Part shown: positions 23,740-35,995 of the stretch, piece by piece
Layout of the letters: each line of letters starts with the position of its first letter
How positions within the stretch are numbered: the stretch's first letter is position 1
NCBI RefSeq assembly: GCF_963921235.1
Contig: NC_086108.1
Span: 111,664,001-111,728,000 of the forward strand
Length of the DNA stretch: 64,000 bases
Source: Mobula hypostoma
Lineage: Eukaryota
Direction: 5' to 3'
Notes under the pieces: generated by a model
What the model saw: only the letters and a program-made list of their open reading frames with translations
The model's database searches: none
What the model was told of the DNA's origin: nothing
Position numbers and translations under genes: made by a program

Positions 23740-26700
23740 GATCTAGACATTAGAGGCTGAATCCTTTTATTCTAAAAGATAATAAGTTTATCCACTACTT
23801 TACTTCCGAATTCAAAACTTTCCCATCTATTAATTCCAAAACAACTAGTAGTCCATCGATACTCTGGGAAACTGCTAAGGCCTATGCAAGGGGATTAATT
23901 ATCTCCTACTCTGCTAGTAGGAAGCGACAAGCAGCAGAACAGCAGGGCCTAGTGGAAGCAAGGCTTGCGGCAGCTGAAAAGGATTATATTAATAAGCCTT
24001 CTGCAGTCAAGTTACAGAATATCACAGCCCTACGCTGTACACTAAACTCTTTACTTACACAAGCAGCCTAAAGAAAATTGACATTTGCTAAACAACGATT
24101 CTCTGAACATGGTGAGAAACCAGGTAGGTATTTGGCTTATTTAGCTAGAAAGAAGAATGCCTCTCAGACTATTGCTTCAATTAGGGATGGGACAGGAGCC
24201 CTCACTAGTAATTCTATAATGATTAATGTTGTGGTTAAGAATTTTTATTCTAAACTGTATCAATCTGAGCAATGTAATGATGGACAATCTAGGATGGAGT
24301 CCTTTTTCAGGAATTTAGATTTCCTAGGTATTCCTTCTGAACAAGTGTCCCTCCTCAATGCTCCGTTATCTATACATGAGATACAGGAAGGTGTGAGACA
24401 GCTCCAAAGTGGGACGGCCCCTGGTCCTGATGGACTCACTAGTGAATTCTATAAAGCGCTCACAGGGTTATTATCAGAGCCTATGCTAAACATGTTCAAT
24501 CATGCATTTAATTGCGGTCTCTTCCCACCATCATTGAGAGAAGCTAATATCTCCCTAATTCTTAAGAAAAGAAAGAGCCCTGAAGATTGTGCCTCCTACA
24601 GGCCTATTTCATTGTTAAATGTTGACTTTAAAATCTTATCTAAAACCTTAGCATTGCAATCAGAAACTGTTACCTTTTATCATAAAAGAGGATCAAATGG
24701 GTTTTGTAAAAGGCCGTAGATCATCTGACAATATAAGATTACTTAATATGATTCAGGCATGTCAGCAACAGGCGGTGGACAGCTTGGTGGTTTCCTTAGA
24801 TGCAGAAAAGGCCTTTGATCGTGTCGAATGGCCATATCTTTTTTCACTTTAGAACGATTTGGTTTGGGCAATAATTTTATTAAGTGGGTGAAAGTTCTTT
24901 ATAATGACCCTTTGGCTGCGATTCTCTCTAATGGTATTAGGTCGGATAATTTTAGTATTCTGCCCTTTTTTCACCACTACCTTTCACTCTAGTGATCGAG
25001 CCATTGGCTGAGGCTATTCGGCAAGACCCCAAAATATCTGCTCCAGACATAGGACTAAAGTCACGTAAAATTACATTGTATGCAGATGATGTTCTAATTT
25101 TCTAATCAAACCCCGCTATATCAGTGCACCACCTTATGCAATGCCTCAATTCATTTAGTGCCTTTTCAGGTTATAAAATCAACTTTACTATATCAGAGGC
25201 TATGCCTCTGGGGAATCTGCAGCAGGAGCCCGACACTCAGGGTGTTTTCCCCTTTAAATGGCCACAGACAGTTTTGTTTACTTAGGCATACTTATCACAC
25301 CTACATTTGATCAATTGTTCAAAGCTAACTTTACAGTTATTTCACAAAATCAAACAGGATCTTGAGCGATGGAGCACTCTTCCCATTTCTTGGCTTGGCC
25401 GAATATCCTTGCTCAAAATGAACATTTTTCCTCGTCCGCTCTACCCAATACAAATGATTCCAGTCATTTTTACCCAACAAATATTCAAATGGCTGGTTTG
25501 TTTCTTTCATCTGTAACAAGACCCTGTATTAAAATGTCCAAGTTACAGTTTCCCAGTAGTCTAGGGGGTCTGGATTTTCCAGACACAAGATATCAATTAA
25601 GTTCCATTTTATCTTGTGTGGTTGACTGGGTTTACAGGGACCCCTCCTCAATTTGGCTAGACATTAAAGCTTCTCAAGCAAAATGTCCTCTTATTAATTT
25701 GCTTTTCCTCAATAAGATGAAACTAGTTAAGGAATACTGTCACAATCCAATAACAATTAATACAGTCAGGGCTCGGAGGGTGGTGTGACAAATTGAGGGC
25801 AACGCAGAGAAAATATCACCCTTCACTCCAGTAACCGGCAGTCCAGATTTTCAGCCTGGTATAATGGATTCTCGATTTAAACTTTGGATTTCTAAGGGTA
25901 TTTTCCATCTAAATTTGTTTGATGAAGGAACGATGATGTTTTTTTAGTCAAATTGCACAGAAATTTAACATACCCAACAAGGATTTTTTTAAATTTCTTT
26001 CAGATAAGAGATTATACACAGAAAAAACATTAACTGATTTCTGTAGTTCTGACATAGAAAAGAGGGTGTTTCATTCTAAGCGCAAAGTCTCTATTAGTAC
26101 TTTTTACAGCATCCTGAGGGAATGTTCTTGTGGAGAGGCTAAGCAGCTGGGAAGGGTCTGGGAGGAAGAGCTGGGAGTAGAAATTACAGCTGATACATGG
26201 GAAAACATCTGTGATAATGCAAAGATGATTTCAGTTTGTAATAGAACTAAAGCATTGCAACTCAAAATTCTGCATAGAGCCCCTCTGACTCCAGATCGTC
26301 TCTCGAAATTTAAGATGGGGGTTTCTCCAATGTGTTCTAAATGTAATGTAAATACTGGAACTTTTCACCCACTGTTTTTGGATTTGTCATAAACTTCAGG
26401 CATACTGGAGTGATATTTTGGGTGAAATGGAAAAGATTCTGAACTGGACCCAGTGTCTTTTCTCTTAGGCTTACCCAGCAGTCATATTATTAATGCACAT
26501 CAGAAAAAACTTTTTAACATCCTGACTTTTTGTGCGAGGAAGAACATTTTACTTGGTTGGATATCCAAAAAGACCCCTGGACTTTTTGGTTGGCGTAAAT
26601 TAATCATGGAATACATTCCTTTGGACTTTGACATGTATGGTACACTCAAAAACAAATGGTTTTCATAAAACATGGCAACCTTTTCTGCAGTACATAGATT

Positions 26701-26870
26701 ATAAACTTGTCTGCTATACTAATAAGAGCTCTTGCATTGCATGTTGTGGTGATGTCTATATTTTGATGGAAGTGTTCTGATGCCTGATATCTGAGGGGAA
26801 GAAATGTAAATGTAAGTGTATCTGGAAGATGGAAGTTTTGTTATGCTGAGAAAAAATTATATAAAAAACT
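23740..26870 (+). mobile_element. Degenerate L1-clade LINE ORF2 (RT + C-terminal Cys-rich region)
   Basis: WETAKAYARG, EHGEKPGRYLA, APGPDGLTSEFYK, YRPISLLNVDFKILSK, DAEKAFDRVEW, YADDVL, WSTLPISWLGRI, CSKC motifs with many stops and frameshifts. A-rich end at ~26850-26870. Confidence 0.9.
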
Positions 26871-27023
26871 CAACCTTTGCTCTCTGAAAGCAATCCTACC
26901 AAACTCAACCCCTTATTAAACATGCCAACACGAGGAATTCTGCAGATGCTGGAATTTCAAGCAACACACATCAAAGTTGCTGGTGAACGCAGCAGGCCAG
27001 GCAGTATCTCTAGGAAGAGGTAC

Positions 27024-27059
27024 AGTCGACGTTTCAGGCCGAGACCCTTCGTCAGGACT
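27024..27059 (-). ncRNA. Minimal type I hammerhead ribozyme motif
   Basis: Minus strand reads AGUC-CUGACGA-AGGGUCUCGGCCU-GAA-ACGU-C-GACU: stem I AGUC/GACU, intact CUGANGA and GAAA core, palindromic loopless stem III ACGU, GUC cleavage triplet. Confidence 0.8.
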
Positions 27060-27813
27060 AACTGAAGGAAGAGCTAGTAAGAGATTTGAAAGTGGGAGGG
27101 GGAGGGGGAGGGGGAGATCCGAAATGATCGAAGACAGGAGGGGGAGGGATGGAGCTAAGAGCTGGAAAGTTGATTGGCAAAGGGGGTATGAGAGGATCAT
27201 GGGACTAGGGAGAAAGAAAGGAGGGGGGGAAGCCCAGAGGATGGGCAAGGAGTATAGTGAGAGGGACAGAAGGAGAAAAAGGAGAGAGAAAAAAATTAAT
27301 AATAAAAAATAAATAACAGATGGGGTACAAAGGGGAGGTGGGGCATTGACAGAAGTTAGAGAAGTCAATGTTCATGCCATCAGGTTGGAGGCTACCCAGA
27401 TGGAATACAAAGTGTTGTTCCTCCAACCTGAGTGTGGCTTCATCTTGACAGTAGAGGAGACCATGGATAGACATATCAAAGTGGGAATGGGATGTGGAAT
27501 TAAAATGTGTAGCCACTGGGAGATCCTGCTTTCTCTGGCGGACAGAGCATAGGTGTTCAGCGGAAAGGAATTTTTTTATAATTATTAATTTTTTTCTTTC
27601 TTTTTTCTCCCTCTGTCCCTCTCACTATACTCCTTGCCCATCCTCTGGGCTTCCCCCCGCTCCTTTCTTTCTCCCTAGTCCCATGATCCTCTCATACCCC
27701 TTTTGCCAATCAACTTTCCAGCTCTTAGCTCATCCCTCCCCCTCCTGTCTTCTCCCATCATTTCAGATCTCCCCCTCCCACTTTCAAATCTCTTACCATC
27801 TCTTCTTTCAGTT

Positions 27814-27848
27814 AGTCCTGACGAAGGGTCTTGGCCTGAAACGTCGAC
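27814..27848 (+). ncRNA. Minimal hammerhead ribozyme motif (inverted pLTR copy)
   Basis: AGUC-CUGACGA-AGGGUCUUGGCCU-GAAACGUC-GAC. Confidence 0.75.
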
Positions 27849-29439
27849 GGTACCTCTTCCCATAGATGCTGCCTGGCCTGCTGCGTTCACCAGCAATTTT
27901 TGCGTGTGCCCCTTATTAATCACAGAGACTTTTGACTTCCTTACTCCCTTTCCCAAGGGATATTGATAAGTGAAAACAGGTGTTGAAAGAACAGTCAAAT
28001 AAAGAACAGCCAACAGATAGGATTCAAAGAACGGGTTTTAAATAATTTATGCACCGAGCTAGATTCGATATTAACACATGCAAAACAGTTTGAAATTGAT
28101 GGTGCATTGACAGATGGGTGACTAGTCCTGGCACCCAACTACAGTCTAATCATACCAACAGACTTCCCACCGCCACGGGCAAGCCAGTGGGATGAAGGCA
28201 TTTTTGGGTGCTGGGTTAACAAATTGTAAAGCACTTTGCTTCACTTTGGAGGGTCAAACTTGAAGGCCAAATGCAGGGTTAATGGCAGAATTCATAGCAG
28301 TGCCGAGGAACTTGTCCACAGAAAGTTGCCATCCAAAGTGATAGGGTGGTTAATACAGTGTTGAGGCCTTTATTCATTGAGGGATTGAGTTCATGAGCCA
28401 CGAGGAAATGCTGCAGCTTCAAACTCCAGTCAGACCACACTTAGAGTATTGTGTTCAGTTCTGGTCATTTCATTATAGCAAGGATGTGGAAGCTTTAGAG
28501 GGGGCAGAGGAGATTTACAGAGTGTGCGTGCATAGAATATGCTGCTGGGGTGGTGATAGAGACAGATACACCAGGGAGATTTTAAAAAACCCTTAGCTTG
28601 CAACATGAATGCCAGAACAACGGAGGGTATGTGGGGGGGGGTGAGGGGGTAGAAGGGTTAGGTTGATCTTGGAGCAGGTTATTGTGCCGATGAGCCTTAC
28701 TGTGCTGTAGTGTTCCGTGTTATATTATAGTCACATGTATGAGGTACAATGAAGAGCTTCGGCATGCAATCCTACAGATCACTTCATACACAATTACAAC
28801 AAGTTACAGAATATAGTGTTGCAGCTACAGAGCAAATGCTGTGCAGGTATGCAACATAAAGTGAGTTCATCTTTAGTGTATGAGGAGTCTGATAACAGGT
28901 TGAACTTAGATCAGAAATATTGTGCAGTCTTCAATACATCCAACCTGACATTTACAAAACCAATTTCTGTTCTGTAGCTGGACACTCAAATCATCGGCAG
29001 GGGTATAACATCAACTGAGCATTGAGTCAGTAGCACGTGTTCTCCCTGACACAGGGGCTCAGTCCCTTCAGGCTTGATACAAAGGTACATGTTAAGAGAC
29101 AGATTGAGTGGATAGCAAGAGGTTTTTCCACAGGATGAAAATGGCTAATACAAGGGGGCATAATCTTAAGGGGATTGGAATAAAGTATAGGGAAAGTCTA
29201 CACAGTGCTGGGTGAGTGGAATGTTGTTCTGGGGTGGCAGTAAAGGCAGATACATTAGGGACATTTAAGAGACATACAAGTACACGGATGTAAGAAAAAT
29301 TGTGGAATGAGAGCAGCATTAAATTGATTGTGAAACAGATTAAAAGGTCAGCACAGTATTGTGGGCTGAAGGGCCTGTATTATTCCATCCATGTTGGATG
29401 GGTTTATATCCACTGTCCTTGCCTCAGATCAATCTTATT

Positions 29440-31910
29440 TCCATAAGAAATAACAGCAGGAGTTGGCTATCTGGCCCGTCGAGCCTGCTCTGCCATTCAA
29501 TAAGATCATGGCTGACCTGGCCATGACTCATCTCCACCTACCTGCCTTTTCCCGATAAACCTTAATTCCCTACTATGCAAAAATCTATCCAAACTTGTCT
29601 TAAATACGTTTACTGAGGTAGCCTCCACTGCTTCATTGGGCAGAGAATTCCACAGATTCACCACTCTCCAGGTAAAGCAGTTCTTCCTCATCGCCATCCT
29701 AAATCTACTCCCCCAAATCTTGATAATAGTCCCCCAATTCTAGTCTCACCTACTAGTGGAAACAATTTGCCTATCTATCCTTTTCATAATTTATACATTT
29801 CTACAAGATCTTCTCATTCTTCCAGTGCCAAGCTGTATGGGTCCTAACGCCCTTCTCTTGGACAACACTGGTCTCGTGGAGAAGGGAGACTTGCAGCATG
29901 GGCAACTGCTGGTCTTCCATACAACCTTGCCCAGGCCTGCGCCCTGGAGAGTGAAGACTTTCCAGGCACAGATCCTGATCTGGCAAGACTAACAGATGCC
30001 TTAAATTCTCATTCTTCTGAATTCCATAAGACCACAAGATATAGGAATAGAAGTAGGCCATTCAGCCCATCGAGTCCATTCTGTCATTCAATCATGGGCT
30101 GATCCAATTCTTCCAGTCATGCCCACTCCCCTGCCTTCTCCCCTTTGATACCCTGGCTAATCAGAAGCCCATCTATCTCTGCTTTAAATGCACCCAATGA
30201 CGGCCTCCACAGCCATTTGTGGCTACAAATTCCACAGATTTACCATCCTGACTAAAGTAATTTCTCCGCATCTCTGTTCAAAATGGACATCCTTCAATCC
30301 TGAAGTCATGCCCTCTTGTCCTAGACTCCCCTACCATGGGAAATAACTTTGCCATATCTAATCTGTCAGGCCTTTTAACACTTGGAATGATAAAATTCCA
30401 ACGAGTACAGTCCCGGGTGACCCACTCTCTCCTCAGTCTAACCCTCTCATCTCTGGAATCAATCTGATGAACCTCCTTTGCACCACCTCCAAAGCCAGTA
30501 TATCCTTCAAGCAAGGAGACCATAACTGCATGCAGTACTCCAGATGCAGCCTCACCAGTACCCTGTACAGCTGCAGCATAACCTTCCTTCTTAAATTCAA
30601 TCCCTCCAGCAACAAAGGCCAACACTCCCAATGTAGAGTGTGAAGGAAGACAAGTAGGTGCAGTTACTATACAAGAGAGGTGGTGCTCAAAATGTTGAAA
30701 CAACTAAAGGTACACAAGTCACCCAGACCAGAGGAACTGCATCCTATGGTTCTGAAAGAGGCAACATTAGAAATGATCTTTCAGAAGTCATTGGACTCTG
30801 GCATGGTGCCAGAGGACCGGAAAATTGCAAATGTCACTCCACTCTAAGAAAGGAGGAAGGCAGCAGAAAGTTACAAACCAGTTAGCCTGACCTCAGTGGT
30901 TGGGAAGATATTAGAGTCAATAGTTAAGGATGAGGTGATGAAGTACTTGGTGACACAGGACAAGATAGTACAAAGTCAGCATGGTTTCCTTCAGGGAAAG
31001 TCCTGCCTAACGAACCTGTTTAAATTCTTTGATGAGATTACAGGTAGGATAGATAAAGGAGATGCAGATGTTGTATTGGACTTTCAGAAGGCCTTTGACA
31101 AGGTGCCACACATGAGGCTGCTTAACAAGTTAAGAGCCCTTGGTATTACAGGAAAATTACTAAAATTTAGAGCATTGGCTGGCAGGAGGCAGCAAGTAGG
31201 AATAAAAGGATCCTTTTCTGGTTGGCTGCCAGTGGTGTTCCACAGGGGCCAGTGTTGTGACCACTTCTTTTTATGCTGTATATAAATGAGTTAGAAGGTG
31301 GAATAGATGGCTTTGCCACCAAGTTTGCAGATCATAAAGATTGGTGGAGGGGCAGGTCGTGTTGAGGAAACAGGCAGGATGCAGAAGGATTTAACACAGA
31401 TTAGGAGAATGGGCAAGAAAGTGACAAGTGAAATACAGTGTTGGGAAATGCATGGTCATGTACTTTGGTAGTAGAAATAAATGTGCAGACCACTTTCTAA
31501 ACGAGGAGAAAATCCAGGAATTTGAGATGCAAAGGGACTTGGGTGCCCTTGTGTAGATCACCCTGAAGATTAACTTGCAGGACATTTCCACATCATGGGA
31601 GAGTCTAGGACAAGAGGGCACAGCCTCAGGATAGAGGGACACCCTTTCAAAGCAGAGGTGTGGAGAAATTTCTTTAGCCAAAGGATTATATTGTGGAATT
31701 TGTTGCCACATGCAGCTGTGGAGTCCAGGTCATTGGTTGTATTTAAGGCAGAGATTGATAGGTTCTTGAATGGACATGGTATCAAAGGTTATGGGGAGAA
31801 GGACAGGAACTGGGATTGAGGAGGAAAAAAGGATCAGCCATGATTGAATGGCAGAGCAGATGCGATGGGCCAGATGGCCCAATTCTGCTCCTATGTCTTA
31901 TGGACTTATT
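29440..31910. mobile_element. Cluster of nested or adjacent degenerate CR1 fragments (minus ~29440-30630, plus ~30630-31910) with a SINE fragment at ~29823-30000
   Basis: RVVNLWNSLP, RLHLEYC, QHGFLQGKSCLTNL and LDFQKAFDKVPH motifs plus CR1 tails. Confidence 0.85.
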
Positions 31911-31916
31911 CCATTT

Positions 31917-32721
31917 TGTCATAGTCCGGTCCGTAAAGTCCATATTCCGGTTCACGGTCCAGTCCATCGACCCTTGCTCCAGGTTTTCTTATCTACCCTG
32001 TTTCTGTCTTGTTGAGCTGTAATTGAGACAGCTGATGCTCATTGGGGCTGGCTGCATAAATACCTCCAGAGACCAGGGTGTGGCTACTGGATTGTTCCTG
32101 TCCTTACTCCTTGTATCCCTTCCTCTGCCTTCTGTTTCCTCACCTGAAGCCCTGCCTTGCCTTGCCGGTCACTCTCGCCTCGCCTGAAGTTCTGTCTTGC
32201 CTTGCTTTGCCTGAAGCTTTGTCTTGTCTTGCCTTGCTGTCTTGTCCTGGAGCCACCCTGTACCTAGCTCCTTTCCTGTCCCTTGCCTCTGCCCAGGTAA
32301 GCTAGGCTGTCTTGCTGTTACCTGGGGTTGGTTCTGTTCCTTCCTGTCCCTTGCCTCTGTCGGGTGGTAATCCACACCCTGCCCAGGTGATCCGCGCCCT
32401 GCCCCAAGCCGCCAGCCTCCTGCCAAGTCAAGTCTCCAGCCTTAAGCCCGTAGATTTCTGCCTCGTCCTGCCTGCCTGCCAAGCCTCGTCCTTGCCTAGT
32501 TCTGGGGTCCGAGCCAGAGGCAAGACCCAGGTACTAGATCCTTGTCCAGTCTCTGGCTCAGAGTCTAAGCAGGGGCTCCTAGCTCTTTTGTCTGGTCCTG
32601 TTCCAGGTTCCTGATTTTCCTGTCCATGTCCTTGCCATCGCCCTGTATCCTAGTCCTGTCCCTAGTACTTCAGTGTCTGTGTCTTGCACTTGGGTCTGTT
32701 CCCAGCTGTGCCCTTCTGACA
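31917..32721 (+). mobile_element. Solo LTR (805 bp)
   Basis: TGTCA...TGACA termini. Perfect 5-bp TSD CATTT at 31912-31916 and 32722-32726. TATA-like CATAAATA at ~32055. Pyrimidine-rich internal degenerate repeats. Confidence 0.85.
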
Positions 32722-33295
32722 CATTTGCCTTCTTTGATAGCCTGCTGCACCTGCAAACCAAACTTGTTTTCCATTCTGCTCCTCCACCATATTCAAGGAG
32801 AGATTTTTCTCTTAAAACAAATAAAATCAGACCATTACAGCACATATAGGCCCTTTAACCCATCTAGTTCAAGCCCAATTGTAGTCCTGCCTAATCCCAG
32901 CAGTACTTTCCCAGAACGACTGATAGTATAAAGTCTGTATGTATAGCCACAGGGCACAGAAAACAGCACATTTTATTCCACTTGGGCCACTCACCCATTC
33001 ACTGCATCACATCTCTATCTGCACTATTCCACACAGACACATTCCAGCTTGTCATCAATCATCCATGTACAGAGCAAACAGTGTTTCTCCAGGGCTAAAG
33101 TGCAAATCACAGTACCAACAGCACAATGTATATTTTTACTTAACCAGTCACAAAGAAAAATATAACCCATGTCCCCACATGACATGACTGTAGACTTGGT
33201 AGTCATGAACCCTAGACTTACAGGACAGGTACCCGACGTTTGTGAGTTTACGGACCATCTAACAATCAACTCGCAAAATAAAATCAGATTGCCCA

Positions 33296-33322
33296 ACACA
33301 CACACACACACACACACACACA
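33296..33322. repeat. (CA)n microsatellite
   Basis: Direct reading. Confidence 0.95.
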
Positions 33323-33806
33323 GTTATTCATAAAAAGCAATAATTAAGCTTCAAACTCCAACTGAATAGCAGAACTCCATATAGTTAGATAGGCAAATAG
33401 TTTGCAGTTAACAAGCAATCTCTTGTCGTTCAGAACTGGTGGTAGGAGCGGTTGGAAGTAAACGATGGACGGTGTTTAACTCCTTCAAAGGCTTAAATAA
33501 CTGCAGGTTTTACCCGATTTCGAGCGTTTTGCCATGGGGGACCCGGTATCTATGATTCACTCAAAACAAACCTTGCTTTACATCAGGGCACGCTGAATGC
33601 AGAGAGAGAACCTGCATCTCACACTCCGTGAGACCACTCACGAAACTTTCCATAGCACTTGATCTCTATGCAGCAAAATTAAACTACACCGGTTAGGCTT
33701 TATACAGCTCTTGCTCGCTGTGGCGTCAACAAAAGACGTCGAGTCCTCATCAACGCCAGTGCATTCAAAACGAGCCATTATTTGACGGTTGTAACAAGGA
33801 ACTCAC

Positions 33807-33870
33807 CTACTGGGCTGGAGCGCAGTGGAAAGGTGTTAAAGAGACTTGATGGACGGACACGCGAGACCGC
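33807..33870 (-). other. MCOLN3: Probable non-coding exon 1 of the MCOLN3-like gene (5' boundary unknown)
   Basis: Consensus donor AGTAG|GTGAGT (33806-33801) in CpG-rich non-repeat sequence upstream of the ATG exon. The ATG exon begins with an acceptor 2 nt before ATG, so an upstream exon is required. Confidence 0.65.
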
Positions 33871-34070
33871 CCCGAGGTCACGTCACGGCGGCCGCCCGTC
33901 AATCCGCGCTCCCAGGCACCGCCGGCGACCCGCGCACAGGTTCGACCCTCCGCGCGAAGTTTTAAATGTCGCCAAACTTGAAAGCGAAGTTTCACATACA
34001 CGTTTGAGGCCAGGTCGGGCTTCAGAGCAGGCGTCGTTAATTTAAAGCCCCAGCCTGGGGCGGTAATAGA
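33850..34070 (-). promoter_or_regulatory. CpG-rich promoter region for the MCOLN3-like gene
   Basis: Dense CpG, GC boxes at 33867-33873 and ~34057-34063, GTCACGTCAC at 33877-33886. Confidence 0.65.
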
Positions 34071-34610
34071 AACAATTCAACAGCTGTAAGGTTCAAGATT
34101 CAAGTGGCTGACAGGAAATGATAAAATGGTAGCTGGGGGTGTGGAGGGGTGGGTTAGAGGGTGGAGGTGATCACAGCCTCACTGCTTGGGGAAAGTAGCT
34201 GTTTTTGAGTCAGGCGGTCCTACATAGCCTCCTCCCTGATGGGAGTGGGCCAAACAGTCCGTGAGCAGGGTGTGTGGGACCCTTCATGATGTTACTGACC
34301 CTTATCCAGCATCATATGTCCTTGACAGTTTTAAAGGTAGTACAAGGCAAAACAATAACAGAATGCAGGCAGTACTGTTTTCCATGGATGCTGCCTGGCC
34401 TGCTGAGTTCCTCCGGCATTTCGTGTGTGTTGCTTGGATTTCCAGCATCTGCAGATTTGCTCCTGTTTGTGAGCAGAATAAAGTGTTGCAGTTACAGAGA
34501 AAGGGCAGTGCAGGAAGACAATAAGGTGCAAGGTCATGAGCAGGTAAATAGTGAGGTCTAAAGTCCACTTATCATACCAGGGGACATTTAATAATCCTAT
34601 AACAGTGAGG

Positions 34611-35980
34611 TGTTATGTACCCCTAGGGCTCCTTTCCCTGTGGACTGTCACTTTAAGGCACTAGAGAGAACTGAGTCTAATTTTTGGACTTCTGCTGAGA
34701 GAGGGAGAGGGGCAGAGTCTGCCTTTCAGCTGGTGTTTACACTTTTACAAGGACACTGACTACTGCTGTCAGCTTCTGGGTTGCCATGGAAAAAGAGAGA
34801 GAGAGGTGGAGTTATTTGATGGACAATCGATGTTATGGTTTCTCTGCAGCGTGTTTACTTTTTTCAAGGACAGTTACGGACACACAGACACACACACAGT
34901 TAGAGTCAAGATGGATTCAGTCAATGGAAGACACCAGTGAGTCGGTTGCTGGTTTAAACTTTCAGTAGCCCAAAAGGGGTGAGTTGAGATTGATCCTGAG
35001 TATTAATAATAAAGACTCTCACAAGTTTTCTGCAACTAGAACAAGTTTGCAGAGGGGAGAGGAAGGTTTGAAACGGAAGAAACCTTGTGACAAAGAGGTC
35101 ACTGTTCAGACTGTCTCCTCTGTAGCCCGTGAGCGTGAGTTTGAGTTCCATTCGAATACGAAGGTGTGACTGTCACGTAGTTAATCCACAGGAGTGGGTT
35201 TTCTGGTGAGGGGAGTACCTCTGTGAATACCACTTGTGTTTTACCCTTGTTTGAGGGTGGTAGTTCACTGAAGAAAGGCACCCCGTGGGAAATCACTGTT
35301 GGAGTTATTTTGTATGTCGTGAAACTGGATAAGTGGTGTTAATCAAATCACGTTGTGTGTTTGGGGTAACCTTGTGGAATATTCCGCTGTGTCGACCCTT
35401 GCCTGGATGGTGGTTCCCTTGAAACGGGTCCCCTTAGTGATAAGCTACTGTTGGTGATAATCCATATGTGGATTCTGTTTGAGTATCCTGTGGTCACCAC
35501 TTTGAGATGTCCTGTAGCTGAATTCGGGTGTGGTACCACTTGTGTTGAAAGGATATTCGTTGAATATTACTGTTGGTGATATTTCATGTGTGGAGTGGAA
35601 CAACTTCGGAGATAAAACCTACTACTATTGTTATCTGTATTGCTGTCATGGAATCTGTGGAATATCAATGTAATTGCCTTCTCACAACATTCGTCTTTTG
35701 GATTACAAATATCTCTCATTAATTAACCTGAGCATTGAACTGAACTTTTCTTACCTATCATTCTAAGACTGTACCCCTTACCACCTAAGCTTGAAGAAGT
35801 TTGGGTTTTATATTTACACACCTGTATATGCATAAGTTCCGCTAACCTGTTTGATTTATCTGGTTATATATTACTGTATTGTGTAGTTACTAATCAAAAT
35901 AACTTATGATAACAGCAATACCAGACTCCAGCTGTTTTCCATTTCTGCTGGTTCTTTAACCCATTATGGGGTACGTAACA
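34611..35980 (+). mobile_element. Solo LTR (1370 bp)
   Basis: TGTTATGTACCCC...GGGGTACGTAACA (13-bp inverted termini, 1 mismatch). 4-bp TSD GAGG at 34607-34610 and 35981-35984. Confidence 0.85.
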
Positions 35981-35995
35981 GAGGTAAAGCTGTCA

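Larger units (their letters stand above)
26920..27908. mobile_element. Penelope-like element: GIY-YIG C-terminus + pLTR (-) joined to an inverted pLTR (+)
   Basis: 11-bp TSD CCCCTTATTAA at 26909-26919 and 27909-27919. ORF 27205-27516(-) ATHFNSTSHS...LRLEEQHFVFHLGSLQPDGMNIDF. Arms ~26970-27310 and ~27570-27908 are reverse complements. Confidence 0.9.

Noticed and set aside
34611..35980. DNA transposon, given the 13-bp terminal inverted repeat
   Set aside because: TG...CA ends, a 4-bp TSD and a 3' end shared with the 18854-19821 element fit a solo LTR better.
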